Source of the DNA: an uncultured virus (IMG/VR IMGVR_UViG_2671180412_000004)
Lineage: Duplodnaviria; Heunggongvirae; Uroviricota; Caudoviricetes
DNA: 64,000 nt
Direction: 5' to 3' (one strand)
Virus record (IMG/VR): IMGVR_UViG_2671180412_000004
The position numbers and the translations under genes were made by a program. Every line of letters begins with the position of its first letter. Position 1 is the first letter of the stretch. The notes under the pieces are model-generated. The model worked only from the letters and a program-made list of their open reading frames with translations, was not told the DNA's origin and ran no database searches. This document shows positions 1 to 8,834 of this stretch, piece by piece.

Positions 1-284
1 GACCGGACTGCGATACCGCGAGTGAGCGGTTTGCTAAAGAGATGTGAATCGATACTCAAAGTGGAATTTTCTTCCAGCTGACCATCACTGAGAGTGAATG
101 TAACAACAGCAACGGGATCGCCAGGTGCAGGGTTACCTTCAAACTGGGCACCTTGTCCGGTCATCAACCAGCGCAGGCTGGCCCCTGTGTCCAGTGCACA
201 TTGTACCGCGAAGTCGTAGGAGATGGTGCCGCGCGCGTAGCGGTTCTGAAGGGAACTGGCGGCAATATTGAGGTGCCGCGCAAG
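1..284 (-). pseudogene. cI: 5'-truncated 186/P2-type CI repressor fragment, runs off the left edge
   Basis: Manual minus-strand translation gives LARHLNIAASSLQNRYARGTISYDFAVQCALDTGASLRWLMTGQG, which aligns with the intact CI proteins at 4975-5556 and 36536-37102. There is no start codon and the N-terminus is replaced by terminase DNA. Confidence 0.8.
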
Positions 285-763
285 AATGCCAAGTCCACCG
301 TGGCCGCCATGCTGGCTAACTGGTTTCTGGTGATGGAGAAGGGCCAGCAGGATATCTACACGGCTGCGGTGAGCCGGGATCAGGCCCGAATCGTGTTCGA
401 CGATGCCCGCCAGATGTGCCTGCTGTCAAAACCGCTAAAAAAGCGCGTCAGTATTCAGGCGCATAAGGTCATTTTCCCGAAGAGCAACAGCCTGTTAAAG
501 CCGCTGGCGGCAAAACGGCCACCATTGAGGGGACTAACCCCAGCTTGGCGATTGTCGATGAATACCACCTTCACCCGGATAACGGCGTTTATTCCGCGCT
601 TGAGCTGGGTATCAAACCCAACAAGAAGAAGTCTTCCAACAAGATTGACCCAGCAGTATCAGCGCTAATGGCAATTGGAACATTTCAGGCTGAGCATGAG
701 GATTTTGTATTTGAGACGAGTGTGAGCCATAAAAAAAGGTTGGCGAGATTTAACGGTATCTGA
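267..763 (+). pseudogene. Broken HK97/lambdoid-type terminase large subunit
   Basis: Walker A-like IEVPRKNAKST, then a frameshift near 515 into ATIEGTNPSLAIVDEYH (Walker B). The sequence then jumps straight to the C-terminal KIDPAVSALMA motif, implying a large internal deletion. Confidence 0.85.
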
Positions 764-927
764 TAGATGGTAAAACGACAAATACAACGTATTATCGGAC
801 CATGGGCGTGATTATTTTGGCGTCCGCTAGAACCAATTTTGGAAGGAAGTGACTAAGCATAAAATGAGCTTGTTGATAATATTTTTATGAAAAAAATACC
901 AAAAATCAATGTATTAAATGGTTAATG

Positions 928-954
928 AATCAGGCACACGATGTGTGCCTGATT
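928..954. terminator. Perfect 12-bp-stem hairpin downstream of the TIR gene
   Basis: aatcaggcacac-gat-gtgtgcctgatt, 3 nt past the TIR stop codon. Confidence 0.6.
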
Positions 955-957
955 ATA

Positions 958-1836
958 TCAGTTAGTTTGTCTAATTAATCTTCTCGAACGGAGCCTTTTA
1001 GCGCCGCCGTAACTACTAGATAAGTAATTTATTGGCCGTTTAAGAACTTCGATTGATTTTCTTAATTCAGAAAGATTTATATCTGTCGAAAGCTCCAATT
1101 CAAGCACTGTTGTTTCCAGATCCTTTAGTCTATCCACGGCATCACTAATGACGTCTGGCAATTCTCCTGAAAGATCTTTATTAACATTGGTTAAAATATA
1201 ATCTAAATAATCTTTAGGTAAAATTGCTTCAGGAGAGCGCAACAGTTGATGATTGGTTCGGCTAAGATCTAATAATTCTTCAAAGATTTTAGAGAATCTC
1301 TCTAGATCTGCTGATTTTCCTGTGCCTTGTTTAGTTGCTGGCTGCTCAACTACCTCTTGAGGAATATCCTTCAAATTTTGCTCTAAATTTGGCCACCAAA
1401 CTTCAAATATCTTACTTAACCTCTCATTATCAAGGGTCTGCTCACCACAGGAGGTGTTGATGGACATCATCAGTTTATAGATGTCATCTTTTTCATGCCG
1501 AGTTGACTGATATTGTAAGAGTGGTCCATTGACATCTGATGGATTCATTCGAAATAGAAAAGGGCTGACCTTGCTTTTATCAACACTTTTTCCTAATGCA
1601 CCAGCTTCAAAATTGATCCATGGTGCGTGAATATTCTGTTTTGTAAGACAAATAATACCATAAGATGATTTATCAAGTTCTGTCGCTATGTCACTGGACC
1701 ATCTGGTCCCTTTGTCAATATCTTCTGAAGAAACATAAGGCTCAACGGCTTGAATAACACTAGGTATCCAGCCCCTTAGCACTTTTGCAACACGATGACT
1801 TGTATCGCCAGACCAACTTATGAATACGTTCATCAA
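958..1836 (-). CDS. TIR-domain protein, candidate anti-phage
   Basis: N-terminal VFISWSG...EDIDKGTRW...GIICLTKQNIHAPWINFEAGAL with the catalytic-position Glu; helical C-terminus; AT-rich. Confidence 0.85.
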   Translation of the reverse strand: MMNVFISWSGDTSHRVAKVLRGWIPSVIQAVEPYVSSEDIDKGTRWSSDIATELDKSSYGIICLTKQNIHAPWINFEAGALGKSVDKSKVSPFLFRMNPSDVNGPLLQYQSTRHEKDDIYKLMMSINTSCGEQTLDNERLSKIFEVWWPNLEQNLKDIPQEVVEQPATKQGTGKSADLERFSKIFEELLDLSRTNHQLLRSPEAILPKDYLDYILTNVNKDLSGELPDVISDAVDRLKDLETTVLELELSTDINLSELRKSIEVLKRPINYLSSSYGGAKRLRSRRLIRQTN

Positions 1837-1975
1837 GAATCCTGCTTTTGTAAAATTGGGAGGTGTGTAGCAATGGCAAGGATATTTACAAAGATACTCC
1901 TGATTACTTAACTACGGTATCCTATAGGTATCCTGGCTGAAGTGTCACTTAAAGAATTTTTCTGTAACTCATTGA

Positions 1976-2026
1976 AAAATTTGGTGGCCCCTGCTGGACT
2001 TGAACCAGCGACCAAGCGATTATGAG
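1976..2026 (-). repeat. att core 1: 3' half of tRNA-Ile2(CAU), ileX/ileY type
   Basis: Reverse complement reads CTCATAATCGCTTGGTCGCTGGTTCAAGTCCAGCAGGGGCCACCA; the identical 51 bp recur at 34469-34519; homology ends at the anticodon loop. Confidence 0.95.
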
Positions 2027-2121
2027 AACCATGTTAAAACATGTAAATTCAATGGTTTGATTTGAAATCAATGAGATAAAAAATCAATATCCACCAAAGT
2101 TGGCCAATAATCTAAAGTTTG

Positions 2122-2140
2122 TGCGACACTTTTGCGACAC
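2122..2140. promoter_or_regulatory. Integrase arm-type site (TGCGACAC direct repeat)
   Basis: tgcgacacttttgcgacac; an identical copy at 34388-34406 lies inside the other end of prophage 1. Confidence 0.75.
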
Positions 2141-3939
2141 TAGAACGACTTTAACGCAGGGTGTAGTACAAGCCTTTCTATCCTGTATTGATCTAATCCG
2201 CTATGTAATGCCGCTTTAATTAGGAGATTATCACTGACCGTTTGCACCCATTGCTGTTCATTAGCAAGATTGTTATGTGCTGCGCCTCTGTAACGCGCAT
2301 TTAAGATCGAACCAACCTTACTCCATAGTTCAACAGGAAGTTTAAGCCAGTGATCAATGAAATTGTCGGGGTCAATATAATTCATAATATCTATATTAGA
2401 ATATAATCCAGCTTCATTGGAAGTACCAATCAGTAACTTTTTAAAATAGTCTATATTAGTATCTAATGCTTCAAGTATTTCATTAGCATAAATGGGATAC
2501 CTTTGAATTTTTGCTGTTTTTCTACATTTTCGTATATGGTCAACGATTTTGTTAATGTAATCTCTGTATGAGTCGCTTATCCAGTACATATGTGAATATG
2601 AACGCTCGTATACATCATCCATGAATGGATCGGGATTTAATGGTTCAGGGAGTAACAAATCTTTTTCTAAAAGAGTGTCAATGTAATTTATTTGAGCGTT
2701 AAATAAATCGTCAAAACTATATTTAATCTCTTTTTTTTCAGAGAGCATATAAGACAAGCAGTAGCTGTGCATTATTTCTCCTATGTCTGTCATTGTATTT
2801 TCTTTAAACTTATCAAACATTTCAACAATGGCTGACCTTACATTTGCGCTCTCTTGATTATCAAAGTTAATTATTGTTAGCCAAGGTGGGTTATCAAACT
2901 TCTGAATAAAGAACTTTGATACACCTAGAGACTTTATGATTTCTTCTTTTGGATAATCACCAGTTTTAATTATTTTGGCAGTTAACTCGAAATCTAAGAT
3001 ATCGCTTCTTAAATCCATGTCATTATACTTGCGATAAAATGCTATTCTTTTTTTTGTCGGTTCATCTAATGCAGGTTGGTGGGCTTCGTCTTGTTGTAAG
3101 ATAATTGCATATTGAATATAGTCTTGTGGGATTTCTTCTATATCATCAGTACTTATGTTCCCCATTTTATGTTCAATGTTAACTATGCAAAAGAAATTGA
3201 AGAGCGCTTTCATTGCTATAGTGTGTTTTAAATGAATAGGCTCAAGACACTCAAGAAGTCTGTGACAATCATTGATTAAATATTTCAATATTCTCAGTGA
3301 CTTACAATTTGTTTTTAAAAATGCACCAATTATTACTGGCTTTATGGCGTTGAAATTATTTAATTTGAATTTTTCACTAAAGAAAACACCTGCTGCATCA
3401 TCAATTTGAGGTTCTATTTGTATTGTGTGACCAATGATTTTCTCTTTGGTTTTGATGAAATCATTATGAGTTTCTTTGTCATGAGCTAGTATGATTACTT
3501 TACATTGATGATGTTCAATATACTGATTTATAACGCCAAATATTTCTTTGTTCGACATTGGGCAACGCTCAAGGTCATCAAAGATTATTACTTTATTCCG
3601 ATCTACAGTTAGTTTGATTAGTGGACTAAGTATATTTCCGGCTAAGGAGCCAGCGCCGAAGGTAACTCCATTCAGTTCGGCAGATAGATCCTTTGTTATG
3701 TCTAGTAACTTCTTGGCAAGGTTTTTGCCAGGAAACATTTTAGCAAATACTGTGTTATAAACCTCTTGGGAGTCGCTGATTCCGAATAAACTTACATGAC
3801 ACTGTAATTCATGAGGTATTGCATTCATAACTTGGAACGTCTTTCCTGAACCCCACTCACCAGTAACTAGAACAGCAAAACCCGGGGCGTCCAGTCCTAG
3901 ATAATAATCTAAATATAGTTCTAGGTTAGTTTTGTTCAT
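2140..3939 (-). CDS. KAP-family P-loop NTPase
   Basis: Walker A VTGEWGSGKT and Walker B IIFDDLERC; ends with KEKIIG KAP-type motif region; start overlaps the int stop (ATGA); very AT-rich. Confidence 0.85.
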   Translation of the reverse strand: MNKTNLELYLDYYLGLDAPGFAVLVTGEWGSGKTFQVMNAIPHELQCHVSLFGISDSQEVYNTVFAKMFPGKNLAKKLLDITKDLSAELNGVTFGAGSLAGNILSPLIKLTVDRNKVIIFDDLERCPMSNKEIFGVINQYIEHHQCKVIILAHDKETHNDFIKTKEKIIGHTIQIEPQIDDAAGVFFSEKFKLNNFNAIKPVIIGAFLKTNCKSLRILKYLINDCHRLLECLEPIHLKHTIAMKALFNFFCIVNIEHKMGNISTDDIEEIPQDYIQYAIILQQDEAHQPALDEPTKKRIAFYRKYNDMDLRSDILDFELTAKIIKTGDYPKEEIIKSLGVSKFFIQKFDNPPWLTIINFDNQESANVRSAIVEMFDKFKENTMTDIGEIMHSYCLSYMLSEKKEIKYSFDDLFNAQINYIDTLLEKDLLLPEPLNPDPFMDDVYERSYSHMYWISDSYRDYINKIVDHIRKCRKTAKIQRYPIYANEILEALDTNIDYFKKLLIGTSNEAGLYSNIDIMNYIDPDNFIDHWLKLPVELWSKVGSILNARYRGAAHNNLANEQQWVQTVSDNLLIKAALHSGLDQYRIERLVLHPALKSF

Positions 3940-4973
3940 TGGATTTCTCTTTTGTTTATATTATTTAAAGGATTTAATCTCAATGCTTCTTCTAAGTGGT
4001 TTGGCGCGAAATGAGCGTAACGCATTGTCATTTTGATATCGGTGTGTCCGAGGATTTTTTGAAGGACTAATATGTTGCCACCGTTCATCATAAAATGAGA
4101 AGCAAATGTATGTCTCAAGACGTGTGTTAACTGCCCAGCAGGTAAGTCTATCCCAGCTCGTTCCAGAGCAGATCTAAAAGCGTAATAACATGGACTAAAA
4201 AGCGCGCCATTCTTTTTTGGCAGCTCGGCTATGATGGCGGGGTCTAATGGGATTGTGCGGTTGCGCTTACCTTTGGTTTTTATAAATGTGACCTTTCCAG
4301 CAGAGATTTGGTTGCGCTTCAACTTCTCAGCCTCTCCCCAGCGAGCGCCAGTAGACAGGCAAATTCTTACAATCATCTCCAAATCTTTAGCTGAGCTATG
4401 GCGACTTTCCTCTAAGAGCTTGTCAATCTGCTCTTTAGTAAGATAGGCCATCTCACTTTCTTCGGTTCTGAATTGACGAACATTCTCTAAAGGGTTTGGT
4501 GCGTCCCATTCCCCAAGTCGTTTTAATTCATTAAATACAGCGAGGAAATAAGCGTGCTCCAGGTTCATGGTTCGCGGCGAAACCTGAGAGACGCGCTTTG
4601 TCCGTGCAAAATGGCCATCCAACCTTTTAGATCTATAAGCGGTGAACAACTGCGCGGTGAACTCAGTAGCCATTGGAGAACCCATGCACTCGTCAGCCCA
4701 TAGCATGGCGCTTTTACGCTTTTCACCATCGCGCAGGGTTATCCCGTGACGCTCGAACCAGAGGTGTATTAGATCTGAAAGGCGGCGTTTATCTTTTCCT
4801 TGTCCAAGCCAGGGTGTGTCCTCAACTTTTTGAAGGGTGTAGTTTTCGAATGCTAACGCCTCGCCTTTCGTCGCGAACTTTCTGCGAACTCTCTTCCCTT
4901 GTTTGCCATCGCTACGGTTGACGGGATAGAAGTCAGCAACCCATTGGCCATTACTTAGTTTTCTTACGGTCAT
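3936..4973 (-). CDS. int: Tyrosine integrase (HP1/186 type)
   Basis: TGARWGE, HVLRHTFASH and LGHTDIKMTMRYAH catalytic motifs; next to att. Confidence 0.97.
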   Translation of the reverse strand: MTVRKLSNGQWVADFYPVNRSDGKQGKRVRRKFATKGEALAFENYTLQKVEDTPWLGQGKDKRRLSDLIHLWFERHGITLRDGEKRKSAMLWADECMGSPMATEFTAQLFTAYRSKRLDGHFARTKRVSQVSPRTMNLEHAYFLAVFNELKRLGEWDAPNPLENVRQFRTEESEMAYLTKEQIDKLLEESRHSSAKDLEMIVRICLSTGARWGEAEKLKRNQISAGKVTFIKTKGKRNRTIPLDPAIIAELPKKNGALFSPCYYAFRSALERAGIDLPAGQLTHVLRHTFASHFMMNGGNILVLQKILGHTDIKMTMRYAHFAPNHLEEALRLNPLNNINKREIQ

Positions 4974-4974
4974 A

Positions 4975-5556
4975 TCACTGAATCGTCAGAACAACGCGCC
5001 CAATCACGGTTATGTCGTCGAGAGCACAATCAAAAGCCATACCAACTCCGCTAACTCTAACTTTCTTAATCGGAATACGCGTAAGGGTGCGGATACTCAC
5101 TTTCCCTTCAATCTCTACAAGCCACTGATCGTCATAAACTTCAGTGAATGAGGTATCAACGATGAACTGATTATTACCTTCCACCACACATACGGGAAAG
5201 GTAGGTAAAGGGACACCGGGTAAAAAAGAGACTTTATCTAGCATGTACATCCCTGCGTCATACATCAGGCCGTCAACGATTTTACGCCGTGGTATTTTGA
5301 GGATATCCACTTCTTCATCCTCAAATTTTCTACCTTGACCTGTTGCCAGCCATTCAAGTGTTACGCCTGTTTCAGCCATGCATTTGAGCATTATGTCAGC
5401 AGGAAGCCCACCGCGTTTATAACGCGCAGACATTGAACTGGAAGCAATTCCAAGATGCTCGGCAAGCTGTAGTTTTTGCGTGAAGCCGTAAGCCTCAAGC
5501 ACCCGATCAAGTACTGGGGCGCTATCCGATTCTGGGTCTAGTCTAAATCTCGCCAT
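4975..5556 (-). CDS. cI: 186/HP1-type CI immunity repressor
   Basis: AYGFTQKLQLAEHLGIASS HTH and LEWLATGQG; located upstream of int. Confidence 0.92.
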   Translation of the reverse strand: MARFRLDPESDSAPVLDRVLEAYGFTQKLQLAEHLGIASSSMSARYKRGGLPADIMLKCMAETGVTLEWLATGQGRKFEDEEVDILKIPRRKIVDGLMYDAGMYMLDKVSFLPGVPLPTFPVCVVEGNNQFIVDTSFTEVYDDQWLVEIEGKVSIRTLTRIPIKKVRVSGVGMAFDCALDDITVIGRVVLTIQ

Positions 5557-5568
5557 AAATAAAGGGTG

Positions 5569-5646
5569 TGTAGATATAATCTACATGGTATTGACATGTA
5601 GATATTATCTAATTAACCTTGCTCCTGTGTTTAGATATTGACTAAT
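5569..5646 (+). promoter_or_regulatory. Early lytic promoter with three CI-operator-like palindromes
   Basis: TTGACA (5591-96), 17-bp spacer, TAACCT (5614-19); TAGATA-n-n-nCTA repeats at 5569-85, 5597-613 and 5630-46. Confidence 0.7.
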
Positions 5647-5689
5647 AACGGTGGATATTGGCGTATCCACAACCTTAGGAGTTTGCATT

Positions 5690-5911
5690 ATGCGTCCCAA
5701 CATTACAATCGTGATCCCAGATCCATACATCCCTCTGGATGAGTATTGCCGTCGTACTGGCATGTCCAGAAGTACAGCTGAAAACCTGATTTCATACGGA
5801 AAACTTCCTATTAAGCCTAAAGGAGCACAGAAAAAAGGGCTGGTTGAAGTGAACATGGCCGCCTTAACCGTGATGGCGTTAAGCGAATGTGATGTTTCGC
5901 TTAACGCGTAA
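5690..5911 (+). CDS. cox: Cox/Apl excisionase-repressor
   Basis: PYIPLDEYCRRTG wHTH; divergent from cI; AGGAG RBS. Confidence 0.85.
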   Translation: MRPNITIVIPDPYIPLDEYCRRTGMSRSTAENLISYGKLPIKPKGAQKKGLVEVNMAALTVMALSECDVSLNA

Positions 5912-5941
5912 TTCATCGTACGGATTAGGGAGGAGCTAACA

Positions 5942-6445
5942 ATGTTTGATTATCAGACTTCTAAACATGCTCACTTTGATGCAGCTTGCCGAGCGTTTGC
6001 GCTATCGCACAATCTGGAAGATGTCGCCGCTGCCGTTGGTATGCGTCCTCAGATCCTACGCAATAAGTTGAACCCGATTCAACCGCATCGCCTGACCTGT
6101 GACGAGCTACTGGCTATTACCGATTACACCGAAGATGCACGTTTACTGGATGGGATGCTGGGGCAGATTAACTGCCTCCCGTCCGTTCCGGTCAATAACG
6201 CCACTGAAGCGAACATGCAGTTTTGCGCATTAAGCGCCACTGCAAACGTGGGTGCGATCGCTGGGGAAGCCGTTTCAACTGAGCACATGACCGCTGCACG
6301 CCGCACACAAATTCTTGATCGTGCCCGTGATGCCATCCGTTCCCTTTCCGTTCTGGCTTACACCGTTGAAAGCCGCCTCCAGTCTGCGCCGGTTCTTGCT
6401 GCTGCCGTCGATATTGTGACTAACAGCGCCAGCAGCATGATGTGA
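5942..6445 (+). CDS. cII: CII (186 CP76-like) establishment activator
   Basis: MFDYQTSKHAHFDAAC...LRNKLNP motif and position. Confidence 0.9.
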   Translation: MFDYQTSKHAHFDAACRAFALSHNLEDVAAAVGMRPQILRNKLNPIQPHRLTCDELLAITDYTEDARLLDGMLGQINCLPSVPVNNATEANMQFCALSATANVGAIAGEAVSTEHMTAARRTQILDRARDAIRSLSVLAYTVESRLQSAPVLAAAVDIVTNSASSMM

Positions 6446-6454
6446 GGGTTAACC

Positions 6455-6649
6455 ATGAAAGCTTTCGTCACCTATCTGAAAAAAGAATCTCCGGCCATGC
6501 AACTGGCCAGCGGATCAAATGGTTGGCTTGAACTGCCAAATGGCCAGCGCTGGAACCCTGGGCACCAGTACAAATTTAATGCCCGCTCGTCTCGTCGTCC
6601 ATGGTGGTTTCGTTTGTTCGGGATTATTAGGGGGCGTTATGGCCATTAG
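6455..6649 (+). CDS. Small early protein (Fil-like)
   Basis: LKKESPAMQL...GW...GQRWNP, similar to 38047-38271; position after cII. Confidence 0.6.
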   Translation: MKAFVTYLKKESPAMQLASGSNGWLELPNGQRWNPGHQYKFNARSSRRPWWFRLFGIIRGRYGH

Positions 6650-7067
6650 CGAAAAGCAGCAGGAAATTGGCCTGAAGTGGCTTGGGAATATCCGCCGTAA
6701 ATACTGGAGTGAGAAAAGCGAAGCCGCCGAATGGTGGGACAAATTAACACCAGAATGGCGCGGGGTTGTTTTACATGCGGCCGCAGTAGCTTCCGGAATG
6801 GACGTTTTCAAAGCCCATCTGAGCAAATGCTACTGGTCAGAGTTATTCGAACGCCTGGACTACCGGGCAATGATTCAGCTGCGCCAGGGCATATCCAGGG
6901 CGCGTCTGACGTTTGAAGGGTTCGGGAATCTGAGCGACAGCGATTTCTCAAAGCGCAGCGCTAACCGCCAGGTGAAAAAGGCACATCCGATCCACAGCAG
7001 TAATGGCGTGCAGATGATTATCGCGCCTCATATCGTTCATAAGATGCAACAGCAGGAGAATCATTAA
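6639..7067 (+). CDS. Hypothetical early phage protein
   Basis: ORF coupled to neighbours in the early operon. Confidence 0.6.
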   Translation: MAISEKQQEIGLKWLGNIRRKYWSEKSEAAEWWDKLTPEWRGVVLHAAAVASGMDVFKAHLSKCYWSELFERLDYRAMIQLRQGISRARLTFEGFGNLSDSDFSKRSANRQVKKAHPIHSSNGVQMIIAPHIVHKMQQQENH

Positions 7068-7468
7068 TGTCCATTATCTCTGTAAACGCCAAAGAACTGG
7101 GACAGGAGCTGGCTGCGTGGGGTGTTCCACACAATTACGCCATTCTCTTTCTTGAGAAAAGCACCGTTAAAAATGGCCGTGTGGCCTTACATCCGTTTTT
7201 CTTTAACGACACCGAGCACATGACAAACAAACGCCACTGGCTGGCTGTAAATGTTGCGTACTGGTGCTGCGTCTATCGTGAGGCGGAAAGCCAGTACCAG
7301 CAGGTTGAAGCGCTGGCCAGTATTCGTTCCATGTATTACATCGCCGGGTCATTGGGCGCTGGGGAAATCAAAGCGCTGATCCAGGAGTGGTGGCGCAATA
7401 CATACGAGCTTCACCAGATACCCGCGCCGAGCTACTCAGCCGCGCCCGTTACCGTCTCTTTCCACTAA
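7067..7468 (+). CDS. Hypothetical early phage protein
   Basis: TAATG overlap with the previous ORF; AGGAG RBS. Confidence 0.65.
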   Translation: MSIISVNAKELGQELAAWGVPHNYAILFLEKSTVKNGRVALHPFFFNDTEHMTNKRHWLAVNVAYWCCVYREAESQYQQVEALASIRSMYYIAGSLGAGEIKALIQEWWRNTYELHQIPAPSYSAAPVTVSFH

Positions 7469-7534
7469 TTAACTGCCTGAATTTTTGGCCATCCCTGCGG
7501 TGGCCGGGGATTCTTTTGCCCTGAGGAAACCAAA

Positions 7535-7768
7535 ATGCAAACAACACGCATGTCTTTACCCGTCAGCCAATCCGGTACTGACCTGCTGGCAATGCTGGCA
7601 AAAGCTACTGAGGAAGGTAAAGCAGCCTCCGCCGATCTGTGTTCTGCCCGTCTGGATAAGCTGGCCGCGTATGCCGCGAACGAAGGTTTAAGCGCTGCCG
7701 AAATCGTAGAGCTGATCCGTGAAGAAGCTGCGGCCATTTGCAGTAAAGGCGGTGCAGCATGGCAGTAA
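7535..7768 (+). CDS. DUF2732-like small phage protein
   Basis: SARLDKLAA...LSAAEIVELIREEA, homologous to 38525-38764. Confidence 0.7.
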   Translation: MQTTRMSLPVSQSGTDLLAMLAKATEEGKAASADLCSARLDKLAAYAANEGLSAAEIVELIREEAAAICSKGGAAWQ

Positions 7769-8625
7769 AAACGCCTCTTAAATGGGTGGGCAGCAAAGTC
7801 CGCCTCATGCCGCAGCTGCGTGACCACTTGCCGGAAGGTAAGCGCCTGGTTGAACCGTTCGCGGGTTCCTGCGCCGTCATGATGAATACGGACTATGAAG
7901 AATACCTGATCGCTGACCTGAACCCGGATTTAGTCAATCTGTATAAGGCGATGGCCTACCATACCGACGCGTTTCTTGTGGAGCTTGAAACCCTGTTTTC
8001 TGCCGGGGCGTTAGGTGAACAGGAGAGCCGCGCTATTTTTTACTATGCCGTCCGGGATGCGTTCAATTTGTCGGGAAAGGCACTTGGAGCTGAAAGCGTT
8101 GAAGCCGCTGCCCGTTTCATGTACCTGAACCGCCACGGCTTTAACGGACTTTGCCGTTACAACCGCCGTGGCCAGTTCAATGTCCCTTTCGGGAAGTACA
8201 AAAAAAATTATTTCCCGCTTAAAGAAGTCCGCGCATTTGCTGAAAAGGCAAAGCGTGCAACGTTCATCACCGCGCATTACTCCGAAACGCTTGCGCTGGT
8301 TCGTGCCGGGGATGTGGTCTATTGCGATCCGCCATACCTGACGGAATCAGGAAATTTCACCTCATACACTGAAAGCGGTTTTTCACATCTTGATCAGGGG
8401 CGGCTGGCCAGAAAGCTGCGCCGTCTTGCTGAAAAGGGCGTGAGTGTTGTTGCTTCAAACAGCGATCTGGAAATGGTGCATTACCTTTACGCCGGGTTTG
8501 AGGCGATGAAGGTCAAAGCGCCCCGCAGTGTTGGTGCCGCAGCTGCCAGCCAGAAATCTGCCGCAGAGTTGATCCTGAAATCACCAGTTTCCACAGCCTC
8601 CAGCGCTGGGGTGGTGGCGAAATGA
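7759..8625 (+). CDS. dam: Dam-family DNA adenine methyltransferase
   Basis: LKWVGSK, LVEPFAGS, YCDPPY and RYN...FNVPFG motifs. Confidence 0.93.
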   Translation: MAVKTPLKWVGSKVRLMPQLRDHLPEGKRLVEPFAGSCAVMMNTDYEEYLIADLNPDLVNLYKAMAYHTDAFLVELETLFSAGALGEQESRAIFYYAVRDAFNLSGKALGAESVEAAARFMYLNRHGFNGLCRYNRRGQFNVPFGKYKKNYFPLKEVRAFAEKAKRATFITAHYSETLALVRAGDVVYCDPPYLTESGNFTSYTESGFSHLDQGRLARKLRRLAEKGVSVVASNSDLEMVHYLYAGFEAMKVKAPRSVGAAAASQKSAAELILKSPVSTASSAGVVAK

Positions 8626-8834
8626 TGATTGAACCCATGGCCGGGCTGTATGCGCTGACGGTATTTGCGGCTTTCATCTTCTTTTCCTGGGAAGAGCGCC
8701 GGGACGCGGAGACTTCAGATGATGCAGACTTTATTTTGGTCGCTATCTCTTCCCTCGTCTGGCCTGTACTGGTCGCGGTATGTGTCGCTGCTTACATGAT
8801 TAATGCCTGGAAGAAGTGGGTTAATCGTGACTGA
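8622..8834 (+). CDS. Small two-TM membrane protein
   Basis: Two hydrophobic segments; overlaps the dam stop and the repA start. Confidence 0.6.
   Translation: MMIEPMAGLYALTVFAAFIFFSWEERRDAETSDDADFILVAISSLVWPVLVAVCVAAYMINAWKKWVNRD

Noticed and set aside
153..668. 171-aa ORF as a real gene
   Set aside because: It is a chimera of antisense cI DNA, a terminase fragment and an out-of-frame tail.
1976..2026. tRNA gene (also at 34469-34521)
   Set aside because: Only the 3' half from the anticodon loop is present; these are att duplications, not functional tRNAs.
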